A DNA stretch of 32,000 nt. Origin: Schaalia meyeri (lineage in GTDB: Bacteria > Actinomycetota > Actinomycetes > Actinomycetales > Actinomycetaceae). The translations under genes and the position numbers were made by a program. Where the stretch lies: positions 151,702 through 183,701 of the forward strand of contig NZ_FNLK01000015.1 in NCBI RefSeq assembly GCF_900105015.1, in the 5' to 3' direction. The notes below the pieces were generated by a model, which was not told the origin of the DNA, ran no database searches, and saw only the letters and a program-made list of their open reading frames with translations. Of the stretch, positions 16,357 to 25,084 are shown in pieces; the stretch's first letter is position 1, and the number at the start of each line of letters is the position of its first letter.

Positions 16357-17380
16357 CGGGCTTCACCGCGGTTCCTTCAGTTACGATCCACCTGTTGTCC
16401 CGCCACGTCATAAGTAATGCGACAACCGTTTGATAGTCCGAACCACTGGTCGTGATCTTCTGCCCCCGGCAGGTCGTGCCGTCAGATGAAGTGGTAAGGA
16501 AAGTGACAGAAATCGTATTGGGCGGCACGTCAGTATCAGTGGCGTCGACAGGGTCGACGCGGAGAATACGATCAATCGTTGAACGGTTATCGTATGTCCA
16601 TCCACTTGAGTATGTGTCTCGTATCTTGGAAGCCAGCTTCTGGTGGAAATCGTCTCCGCTATCTGACATATCCATGAACGGTGTGGTGTTTCCTGTGTTC
16701 CATGCGTAGACCAGGAGGGCGAGGTAGTGTTCGGCTGCGGCTTCTGCTCCTCGTTCGGTGTTTTCTGTGGCGGCCTGGGGGAGTTCGGGCAGGGTGTAGG
16801 TGGAGGCGGCGTGTTCGGCGGGGCGTACCAGGACGCCGTCGGGGCCGATCTGGTAGCCGCCCGGCATCGCCGCCTCACCCGACGCGCTCGGCGTCGGCGT
16901 GGGCGTGGGGGCCCGGCCCGACATGGCGGACCGCGTGGGAATAGCGGTGGGGTTCTCGCCCCAGGCGCGCCACCAGCCCTCGGCGACACCGTTGATGTAG
17001 ACGGCGTAGCAGCCCGCGACGATCAACAAGACGACGGCGATGCGGATACCCCAGTCCACCGGATCAGCACGCAGCCAGGCCACGCCCCCACCCGGGCCCC
17101 CACCGCCGAAGGCGGCACCCCCACTCTGACTGCCGCTGTCGAAGGTGGCGTCCCCCTCGCCGGACTGGCTTGTCCCGCTGCTGCGCCCACCGCCGCGCAC
17201 ACGCGGGACCCAGGCCCAGTCCGGCCGCCATCTCCTCGGGCCGATGAAACGCCGACCGAAGAGGCCTCGTCGGGGTTGAATGGAGCGCAGGAAGGCCTCT
17301 TCCTCCTCCTGGCTCACGGGTCGCTCGGACAGGGGTGGTATCTCCATGGCGTGTGCCCTCCACACTGAGGTCTCCTCCAA
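16349..17380 (-). CDS. Membrane protein with C-terminal DUF6318-like domain
   Basis: 343 aa with a Gly/Ser-rich N-terminal region and a TM segment IRIAVVLLIVAGCYAVYI. The extracytoplasmic domain ...RGAEAAAEHYLALLVYAWNTGNTTPFMDMS... is paralogous to the 14706-15416 product. The start may be the internal MEIPPL. Confidence 0.65.
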   Translation of the reverse strand: MEETSVWRAHAMEIPPLSERPVSQEEEEAFLRSIQPRRGLFGRRFIGPRRWRPDWAWVPRVRGGGRSSGTSQSGEGDATFDSGSQSGGAAFGGGGPGGGVAWLRADPVDWGIRIAVVLLIVAGCYAVYINGVAEGWWRAWGENPTAIPTRSAMSGRAPTPTPTPSASGEAAMPGGYQIGPDGVLVRPAEHAASTYTLPELPQAATENTERGAEAAAEHYLALLVYAWNTGNTTPFMDMSDSGDDFHQKLASKIRDTYSSGWTYDNRSTIDRILRVDPVDATDTDVPPNTISVTFLTTSSDGTTCRGQKITTSGSDYQTVVALLMTWRDNRWIVTEGTAVKPDA

Positions 17381-17698
17381 CGCTCCCCCACCACCGGGAC
17401 CGCGCCCTTACACACCACCATACGCCAAGAACCGACACGAAACAATAAGAATACACTGTAACCGTCATGCAACTATTCGCAACACGTCTGCGCGTATGTG
17501 CGTCGAGGTGGAGGTCCTCACCCCGATCGCGGCTGCCTTGTCGCTGAGCAGCGGGTACAAGGAATTTGGTGTGACGCGCGTACGCAGATGTAGATGGGCC
17601 GCCTTACTCTCTGCTTGACAGCCAGGGGCTGTCGATGGTGACAACGACCTATACGAAAGGAAAGACTGTGTTATGCCAGTTAAGCTTGCTGCCTCTTG

Positions 17699-17953
17699 CT
17701 ATAGGGCATCATCGGGTGTTCTCGCGATTATCGCAGTGAGTAGTCCAATGAGCGCAGGAATCGATGCGGTGGTGGTTGCCTCGCCGCTGATGCGCCAGGA
17801 GAGCCGACTTTTTTGCGGCCCGATGATCTGATGTATCGATGAGGCGCGCATTGGTCCAATAATGGTTTTGATTTGGGGTGAGCGATCCACACGGTCGGTC
17901 ATCAGCTGCTGATTCATGGTAGTGGCGTCCGAGTATTCTATGTGCAGTGCCAT
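17699..17953 (-). CDS. Hypothetical small protein (84 aa) with C-terminal hydrophobic segment
   Basis: ORF in a lower-GC intergenic patch. A weak SD (AGGA) lies upstream. The C-terminus IPALIGLLTAIIA is hydrophobic. No family was recognised. Confidence 0.2.
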   Translation of the reverse strand: MALHIEYSDATTMNQQLMTDRVDRSPQIKTIIGPMRASSIHQIIGPQKSRLSWRISGEATTTASIPALIGLLTAIIARTPDDAL

Positions 17954-18245
17954 ACGTCCTGGGAACGAAGAGGCCTAGTGCCTCGGTCGGCACCCTCCTC
18001 TTGTGGGTGGTAGCGTCGCCGTGACGCGGACGCTGTCACGCTGCAAGTTCACCTCAGAATGAACAAATGAGCGGTGTGCCAGAAGTATGAGCCACGCGAA
18101 GTTTGTCGCGCCTCGACGAACAACCATGCATTATAGTGCTACAGTGGCGGCTTCCTCAAGCAGGATGCGGACCTTGACGCTCACCATCCGGCCGAAGGCC
18201 GCAACCCTAAGATTAATAACGTTTGAGTTTGAGAGGGCTTGAGAC

Positions 18246-19772
18246 ATGGTTCCTAAAGGGCACAAGAATCGCTCCATCAAACGCCTCCATCTCGACCTGC
18301 GAAATCCTCGCCTGGGCCGTCCCGCAGTAAAGAACGAGGCAGAGGCCACGAGTCGGCTACTGAGGGAATTCGGGCCAAAGATCGTTGCCTTGGCGAAAAG
18401 TATCGCCGAACACGGTCTTAATCCCACCGAGTCTTGGGCAATCGTCCAAGAAGAGGGCAAGTACGTTGTCCTCGAAGGCAACCGACGCCTCGTCGCCTGC
18501 CGTCTCCTCGACAACCCCAGCAAGGCCCCCGACCCGCAGACAGTTGCAACCTTCGAGCGCATCAAACGAGGAGTCCGCACCACTAGCTCCTATCTGAACC
18601 CCAGCTGCGTAGAGTTCGAGCACCGCGCCGACGCCCGCTACTGGATCCACCTCAAGCACCATGGCGCAGGCAGCGGTGAAGGCACCGCCGCTTGGGGCCC
18701 AGAGATGGTCTACCTCGACCAGGTCAACAGCGGCAGCGCTCCTGTGGAGTGGAAGGAGTTCTGGTACTGGCTGGAGGAGACCTACCAGCACGACCGCCCA
18801 CTGGTCGACCTCATCGACCAGGCCCGACGCGAGCAGTACACCCTCATGGACCGCGTCTACACCTGGAAGGTCAAAGAGCTCCTCGGCGCCAGCTTCACCC
18901 AGCCCGGCCAGATCAACGTCAACGTCGACACCGAGAAGATCAAGCCGTTCATCCATGAACTCATCACCGGGATGCTTACACCTCAACCTAAGGATCCCAA
19001 AGCGCCCGGCGCTGCCGACATTCTCGTCATTTCCTCCCGCACTCTCAACAGCAGAGATGTCGCCAAGGAGATAATTGAGAAGGTGTGGACGGAAACCGTT
19101 GGAGAGGCCGACGTCACTCCCGCAATAGACATTGATACAGCCAAACCTTCGGGGGACACGGCAGATGCCGCGCCGACACCAGACTCTTCCACTCCAGATA
19201 ATGATGCTGCGAAAAGGGATCCGGGCGAGGATCCGGATCCTCACCCGAAAAACGACTCCCGATCCCGCCATCCCAAGCCCCGCAAGAGCGAGACCCACCT
19301 CTACAATGGCGTACGGTGCACCCGCATGCCCGACCGACTCCGGAAGCTGATAAAGGAGTGCGGCGAGCTAGAGATCAGTAAGCATCCTGAGATTGCGTCA
19401 GTCACGGCGCGCGTCGTGGTCGAGCTCGCCGCCGATGCACTCATCGACCACCAGAAGCTCAGGCCGAAAGGCAAGCAGCTCACTGACAAACTTGCCGCTG
19501 TCTTGCGTCACCTCGACCCTCTCCTGGACTCCAAGAACCCCACCCGCCTAGAGCTAGCTGGAACCTGGGCGGCAGTACGCACCGACACCGCTGACGGACA
19601 CTTCGTCCGCGACCTCCACAACTGTGTGCACTCTTACCAGTTCACGGCCGCGACCGAGATAGCCAAACGAGCAAACGCCCTGTTCACGCCCCTGCTCAAC
19701 GCCATCAACACCGACCTCGCCAAGCCGCCCGCTAGTGCGGTGGCCACGAGCAAGAAAAACGGGCAGGCTTGA
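18246..19772 (+). CDS. ParB/Sulfiredoxin-fold N-terminal domain protein with ~400-aa uncharacterised C-terminal region
   Basis: 508 aa with SD gagaggg upstream. The N-terminus reads IKRLHLDLRNPRL...GLNPTESWAIVQEEGKYVVLEGNRRLVACRLL. This is the ParB-N (GxxRxxA-type, Arg-Arg) motif. No known domain was recognised by eye in the remainder. Confidence 0.7.
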   Translation: MVPKGHKNRSIKRLHLDLRNPRLGRPAVKNEAEATSRLLREFGPKIVALAKSIAEHGLNPTESWAIVQEEGKYVVLEGNRRLVACRLLDNPSKAPDPQTVATFERIKRGVRTTSSYLNPSCVEFEHRADARYWIHLKHHGAGSGEGTAAWGPEMVYLDQVNSGSAPVEWKEFWYWLEETYQHDRPLVDLIDQARREQYTLMDRVYTWKVKELLGASFTQPGQINVNVDTEKIKPFIHELITGMLTPQPKDPKAPGAADILVISSRTLNSRDVAKEIIEKVWTETVGEADVTPAIDIDTAKPSGDTADAAPTPDSSTPDNDAAKRDPGEDPDPHPKNDSRSRHPKPRKSETHLYNGVRCTRMPDRLRKLIKECGELEISKHPEIASVTARVVVELAADALIDHQKLRPKGKQLTDKLAAVLRHLDPLLDSKNPTRLELAGTWAAVRTDTADGHFVRDLHNCVHSYQFTAATEIAKRANALFTPLLNAINTDLAKPPASAVATSKKNGQA

Positions 19773-19775
19773 TCC

Positions 19776-20663
19776 GTGAGGTATCTGTCCCCCCTGCGCT
19801 ACCCTGGTGGCAAAGCCCGCCTGGCCCCCTTCTTCGCCCGCTTGATCCGCGCCCAGATCCCCGCCCCGACCCACTACGCCGAGCCCTACGCAGGAGGTGC
19901 CGGCGCCGCCCTACGACTCTTGACCGACGGCGCCGTTGACCACATCCACATCAACGATATCAATGTTGGCGTTGCCGCGTTCTGGCGCACCATCACCGCC
20001 CCCGACGGCGCCAACGCGTTCTGTCAGCTCATCAACAACACCCTCGTCACCGTTGAGCAGTGGAACCACCAGAGAGCCATCTACCAGGCCGGTAAGGGAG
20101 ACGACCTCGCCCTCGGCTTCGCCACTTTTTACCTCAACCGCACCAACCGCTCCGGCATCCTCGACGCGGGCCCCATCGGCGGGTTCGAACAGGTCGGCAA
20201 ATGGAAGATTGATGCCCGCTACAACAAGTCGGCGCTTATCGAGAGGGTCAAACACGTTGCCGCCCTGGGCGACCGCATCCACGTCACCCAGCTCGACGGC
20301 CTCGACTTCCTCACCACAATGGAAGCCCACGCCACGGACGTCCTCGTCTATGCGGACCCGCCCTACGTCGAGCAAGGAGGAAGGCTCTATCTCCACGCCT
20401 TCAATGGCGACGACCATAAGGCTCTAGCCGAAAAACTACAGGCTGCGAAGTACCCATGGTTGTTGACCTACGACGATCAAAGGATTGTCTGGGACAACCT
20501 CTACGATGCCGCCCGCTGCGCCCGCTTTGATATTGCGCATACAGCTGCTATCCAGCATGTCGGCAAGGAGACCATTGTCTATGGCCCAACCCTCACAGTT
20601 CCCACAGATGTAGAGATTACCCCTGGAGTCAGTCCAACTTGGATTGAGAGGTCGCGCCACTAG
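19776..20663 (+). CDS. Dam-family (D12 class, alpha group) N6-adenine DNA methyltransferase
   Basis: 295 aa, with the GTG start 3 nt after the upstream stop. Motifs: LRYPGGKARL, EPYAGGAGAAL (AdoMet motif I), NRTNRSG, YADPPY (catalytic DPPY). Confidence 0.85.
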   Translation: MRYLSPLRYPGGKARLAPFFARLIRAQIPAPTHYAEPYAGGAGAALRLLTDGAVDHIHINDINVGVAAFWRTITAPDGANAFCQLINNTLVTVEQWNHQRAIYQAGKGDDLALGFATFYLNRTNRSGILDAGPIGGFEQVGKWKIDARYNKSALIERVKHVAALGDRIHVTQLDGLDFLTTMEAHATDVLVYADPPYVEQGGRLYLHAFNGDDHKALAEKLQAAKYPWLLTYDDQRIVWDNLYDAARCARFDIAHTAAIQHVGKETIVYGPTLTVPTDVEITPGVSPTWIERSRH

Positions 20664-20702
20664 GAGGAGACATGGGCACCACAGCCAGCCGGATTCGCTG
20701 GT

Positions 20703-20740
20703 CCCCGGGTGCTTGTGATCCGCGTGGTCGGCACCCGGGG
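20703..20740. terminator. Hairpin between convergent methyltransferase and hsdR genes (possible bidirectional terminator)
   Basis: CCCCGGGTGC (20703-20712) and GCACCCGGGG (20731-20740) form a perfect 10-bp inverted repeat with an 18-nt loop. There is no clear T-tract. Confidence 0.35.
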
Positions 20741-20757
20741 TGCGGCGCGCAGGAACT

Positions 20758-23700
20758 TCAGCTCCGCGCCGCGTCTCCCGTTGCCAGGTGTTCGGCCTGT
20801 TCAATCACGAGCCGCACGGCTTCTTCCTGCTTGTCGGGCGGGTACTTGTACCTGGCCAGCAAGCGTTTGATGCGCGATCGCATGCGGGCGCGGACGGATT
20901 CCTTGAATGTCCAATCGATGGTTGCAGACTTCTGGATGGTGGTGACCAGTTCGCGTGCGATGGTCTTCAACGTTTCGTCACCGAGCTCGAGGATTGCAGA
21001 GTCGTTCTGGATAATCGCGTCATATAGAGCGATCTCTGCCTCGTTCAAGCTCAGCTCACGCGATCGTTGCTGGTCCTGGCGCATCTCCTTGGCAAGCTTC
21101 ACCAACTCGGCGATGATCTCCGCCGTTGTCAGTGATCTGTTCGTGTAACGGCTCAATGCCTCGGCGAGCATCTGGGAGAACTTCCGGCCTTGCACCAGGT
21201 TCTTGCGTTGAAGCGTGCGAATCTGGTCGTCGAGCAGCCTACGCAGGAGCCCCAGCTGAAGATTCGGCTGGTTCGAGTGGGCGATGGAGTCCAAGAACTC
21301 GTCTGATAGCAGCGAAAGTTCTGGAGACTTCATACCCACGAATTGGAAAACGTCGACGACCTGGTCTGCGGTGACAGCGTCATTGACCATCTGGCCCAGT
21401 ACTGAGTCGAGGTTGCTGCCGCCTCGTTGGGACTGACCGGCATCAGGATTGAGGATCTTGAGTGCTGCCGCCCGAACGTCGGTGAACAGGCGTACATCAT
21501 CCCGAATGGTTTGTGATTCGGGACGCGAGGCAGTCAGAGCGTAGGCTTTTGCGAGTGCGAGCACCTGGTCGCTGTAGCGCTTGGTCAGATCCGGGTCTGA
21601 GAGCACGTGGTCCAGTACGGCGGCATACTGGGCTAGGCGCTCCTTCGCCGACAGTTCCGTTGAGGAGTCGTAGGTGACACCATGCAGCATCCCTCGGACG
21701 ATATCGTGTTTCTCAAGCATGACGTCAACGAGTTGTTCAATTGGCACACCGGCCTGCTCCCGGTCGGACGGCGAGTAGACGCTGAGCGCTCGCTGCAGGG
21801 AGGTGAACAGCCCAATGTAGTCGACGATGAGTCCGCCGGGCTTGTCCTTGAAACGGCGGTTGACCCGGGCGATTGCCTGCATGAGGCCGGCCCCTTGCAT
21901 GGGCTTGTCCACGTACATGGTGTGCATGGATGGGGCGTCGAATCCCGTGAGCCACATGTCGCGCACGATGACGAGCTCGAGTTCGTCATCGGGGTTCTTG
22001 GCGCGCAGCTTCAGATCGCGGCGCTCGTCCTTGGAGTGGATGTGCACCTGGAACTCTTCTGGGTCGGCCGCCGAGCCGGTCATAACGACTTTGATGCGGC
22101 CCTTGTTGATGTCGTCGGAGTGCCACTGGGGCCGCAGTGCTGTGATCTTGTTGTACAGGGCAACGGCAATACGGCGGCTCATGGTCACGATCATCCCCTT
22201 GCCAGCCATGGAGGCGCGGCGCTTCTCCCAGTGCGCCACGATGTCAGCAGCAACTGCATCCAGCCGGGAGTCCGCCCCGACCAGAGCCTCCAGGCGCGAC
22301 CACTTGGTCTTGGCCTGTTCGGCCTCACCCGTGCTGCTTGCCTCGCTACTGTCATCAACAATGGTGTCCAACTGGCCGAGCTGCTCCTCGTCCAAATTGA
22401 TCTTGGCCAGGCGGGACTCGTAGAAAATCTTGACGGTTGCGCCGTCTTCCACGGCGCGAGTGAGGTCGTAGATGTCGACGTAGTCGCCGAACACAGCACG
22501 GGTGGAGCGATCGTTCGACTCGATGGGCGTTCCGGTGAAGCCGAGGAACGTCGCGCCGGGGAGTGCGTTACGAAGGTGCTTGGCGAGCCCCGCTTTGAGA
22601 CGGCCTTGGCTGTCGAGGGTCTCCTCGAAGCCGTATTGGGATCGGTGCGCTTCGTCGGCCACCACAACAACGTTGCGCCTATCGGTGAGCACCGGGTTCA
22701 TGTCCCCGTCCTGGCCGGGAGCGAACTTCTGCAGTGTGGTGAAGATGATGCCGCCCGATGCGCGGGTGAGCAGCTGACGCAGGTTGTCTCGCCCCGTGGC
22801 CTGGACCGGGGTCTCGGGAAGGATCTGAGCAGGGGAGAACACCTCGCCGAAAAGCTGGTCATCAAGGTCGTTCCGGTCGGTGATGAACACCAGTGTTGGG
22901 TTGGACATGCGCTGGTCCCGCATGAGTTTGGCCGCGTAGAACACCATTTCGAAGCTCTTGCCGGATCCCTGGGTGTGCCACACCACGCCACCGCGCTTGT
23001 CCCCGTTTGGACCGGCTGCCCTGACTGTGGACTCAACGGCAGCGTTGACCGCCCAGTACTGGTGGTACTTCGCAATGCGCTTGATGATCATGCGGCGGCG
23101 TTGACCAGTGGCCGCGTCGGTGACGGGCTCGTCCGAGTAGACGACGAAGTTCCGCAGAATGTCGAGAAACCGTGCGGGGGTGAACACACCCTTGATGAGT
23201 ACTTCGAGTGCTGGAGGGTCTGTGACGATGTCGTGTCCGTCCATGGTCTTCCACGGAGCGTAGTGCTCGAAGCCTCCGGTGAAGGAACTCATCGCCGCAG
23301 ATGTGCCGTCGGAAATGACGGTGATGACGTTGGGGAAGAAGACCGAGGGAATCTGCTTGCGGTATGTCTGAATCTGGTTCCAGGCATTGCGCAGAGTTGC
23401 CTTTTCGTCCGTGGGATTCTTCAGCTCCATGAGGCCGACGGGCAGGCCATTGAGAAACACCAGCACGTCGGGGCGACGGTTGTGGCCCCCCTCGACGACT
23501 GTGAACTGGTTGAGTGCGCGCCAGTCATTGTTCGCCGGATCGTTGAAGTCAACGAGGCGCAGCCGTACTGTGGTGGGTCGACCATCCTCGCCGGTGGTTT
23601 CGACGGGCACGCCCGCCACCATGAGCTCATGAAGCCGCTGGTTCTCACTCATCACGTCCTGGGACTCGGCACGCTGAATGCGCGCGAGCGCGGAGCGCAC

Positions 23701-23904
23701 CAGATCATTCGACGCCCTAGGGTTGAGTCGGACAAGTGCTTCAGCCACGTACGACCACAGAACGCAGTCCCCGGGAGTCTCGCGCGCCTGGCCCACGGGG
23801 GCGTCAACAGGCGCGTATCCGGTGCGGTAACCGATCTCGGCAAGCCACTCCTTCGCGGCCTGTTCGACTGTCGATTCATCAAACCGGTAGACGGAACTAG
23901 TCAT
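20758..23904 (-). CDS. hsdR: Type I restriction enzyme, R subunit
   Basis: Start set at ATG 23904 (MTSSVYRFDES...), overlapping the hsdS stop (ATGACTAG). Motifs: PDVLVFLNGLPVGLMELK nuclease region, helicase motif I HTQGSGKS, DEAH box VVVADEAHRSQ, GFTGTPI. Confidence 0.92.
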   Translation of the reverse strand: MTSSVYRFDESTVEQAAKEWLAEIGYRTGYAPVDAPVGQARETPGDCVLWSYVAEALVRLNPRASNDLVRSALARIQRAESQDVMSENQRLHELMVAGVPVETTGEDGRPTTVRLRLVDFNDPANNDWRALNQFTVVEGGHNRRPDVLVFLNGLPVGLMELKNPTDEKATLRNAWNQIQTYRKQIPSVFFPNVITVISDGTSAAMSSFTGGFEHYAPWKTMDGHDIVTDPPALEVLIKGVFTPARFLDILRNFVVYSDEPVTDAATGQRRRMIIKRIAKYHQYWAVNAAVESTVRAAGPNGDKRGGVVWHTQGSGKSFEMVFYAAKLMRDQRMSNPTLVFITDRNDLDDQLFGEVFSPAQILPETPVQATGRDNLRQLLTRASGGIIFTTLQKFAPGQDGDMNPVLTDRRNVVVVADEAHRSQYGFEETLDSQGRLKAGLAKHLRNALPGATFLGFTGTPIESNDRSTRAVFGDYVDIYDLTRAVEDGATVKIFYESRLAKINLDEEQLGQLDTIVDDSSEASSTGEAEQAKTKWSRLEALVGADSRLDAVAADIVAHWEKRRASMAGKGMIVTMSRRIAVALYNKITALRPQWHSDDINKGRIKVVMTGSAADPEEFQVHIHSKDERRDLKLRAKNPDDELELVIVRDMWLTGFDAPSMHTMYVDKPMQGAGLMQAIARVNRRFKDKPGGLIVDYIGLFTSLQRALSVYSPSDREQAGVPIEQLVDVMLEKHDIVRGMLHGVTYDSSTELSAKERLAQYAAVLDHVLSDPDLTKRYSDQVLALAKAYALTASRPESQTIRDDVRLFTDVRAAALKILNPDAGQSQRGGSNLDSVLGQMVNDAVTADQVVDVFQFVGMKSPELSLLSDEFLDSIAHSNQPNLQLGLLRRLLDDQIRTLQRKNLVQGRKFSQMLAEALSRYTNRSLTTAEIIAELVKLAKEMRQDQQRSRELSLNEAEIALYDAIIQNDSAILELGDETLKTIARELVTTIQKSATIDWTFKESVRARMRSRIKRLLARYKYPPDKQEEAVRLVIEQAEHLATGDAARS

Positions 23905-25084
23905 CAACTGACTCCTTTCCAAACGCGTCCGCGACGAGCCGACCAGCCTCGTCGACTCGCATCCGCCCGCTCATCAGCTCCGGCAACAGTGTATCGCGGA
24001 GCTCAGCAAGCATCCTGGTTTCGATGGAACAATGATGTGCCATTTCTTCAAGTGTTGAAAGCTGTTCGACGACGGTCTTCTGCTCTTCGAGAGTAAGCAA
24101 AGGAACCTGTAGTGATCCAAGACTTGACGGGGAAAGTTCTGTCTGTCCCGTGGAACCCTCAGCCATTTGTTCAATCTCTGACTGGAGCGGAAAAACAAGG
24201 TACGGAAGAAGAACCGGTGAAATGCGCTGCCGGTCAGCCTTTACGACTGTCACGTGGCCGTCGACGTAGACGGGTTCCCGATAACTCCAACGACCGACTC
24301 TGCCGAGGGTCCCCTGGCCCGTTGAATTGACAAGTAAATCATCAAATTCTGCTATAGCGGATTTCTTCTCGCGCCTGCGAGGTAGCATCAGGCGTGCTGA
24401 GCTGAGCGACACCCATCCATCTCGAATGCATCTTTGATTCAAAACGCAGATAGGCGTTGCATTATGACCCTTGTAGTATTTTGGAGTAACTCCCCGCGAA
24501 ATAGACTCCGCATAGTAACTAAGCGGCACACATGACGTATTGCGTATTAAATAGTCCGTAATAGCGAGCCCTAGTTTACGGCAGAGAACTCGTCGGCGAT
24601 GGTTGAAGTCGATCTTGTCATCAAGTCTCCCCAGAAGGTCACCTATTGCCATTTGCTGCTCGTACGTGAAGTCTGCAATTTCGTACTCGGAAATTGTGTC
24701 CCAGTTTGCGCGAGGCATCCTTGTGCCCGTCGCAGAAGCCGAAGCGAGGTTGGTAAACTCAGGAAGTGCCGCTACGTAAAACAGAAAACGAGGATCAGTG
24801 CCGTTTTTCGGTTGAAACACCCAGAAGTCTGAAGAACAAATGCCGTAGCTTGACCCTGTCCATACTACCTTACGAAAGTATGGACGTAAACGGCCGTAGA
24901 TGGTGTCGTTAGGGAAAAAAGCTAACTTCGCACTGGAAACTGCTTTCGGCGTGTCCCACTGTGTAATATGGAGAGAGCCAGGAGCGATGCTGTCGTACCC
25001 AAGGTATTTGCAGTATTCTTTAAATTTGTCGGGTCGAACAAGTTGCCGACGTAGTTCTGCGATTTCACCAAACCTCACTGCCAC
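23897..25084 (-). CDS. hsdS: Type I restriction-modification specificity subunit
   Basis: 395 aa sandwiched between hsdM and hsdR, with overlapping stops and starts. It has a two-TRD architecture with conserved helical spacers (...LLPELMSGRMRV at the C-terminus). GC is visibly lower than in the neighbours. Confidence 0.85.
   Translation of the reverse strand: MAVRFGEIAELRRQLVRPDKFKEYCKYLGYDSIAPGSLHITQWDTPKAVSSAKLAFFPNDTIYGRLRPYFRKVVWTGSSYGICSSDFWVFQPKNGTDPRFLFYVAALPEFTNLASASATGTRMPRANWDTISEYEIADFTYEQQMAIGDLLGRLDDKIDFNHRRRVLCRKLGLAITDYLIRNTSCVPLSYYAESISRGVTPKYYKGHNATPICVLNQRCIRDGWVSLSSARLMLPRRREKKSAIAEFDDLLVNSTGQGTLGRVGRWSYREPVYVDGHVTVVKADRQRISPVLLPYLVFPLQSEIEQMAEGSTGQTELSPSSLGSLQVPLLTLEEQKTVVEQLSTLEEMAHHCSIETRMLAELRDTLLPELMSGRMRVDEAGRLVADAFGKESVDD

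Noticed and set aside
23905-23922. Track start of hsdR at 23922 (MERSQL...)
   Set aside because: ATG 23904 overlaps the hsdS stop (ATGACTAG) and yields the typical HsdR N-terminus MTSSVYRFDES. The longer start would overlap hsdS further.
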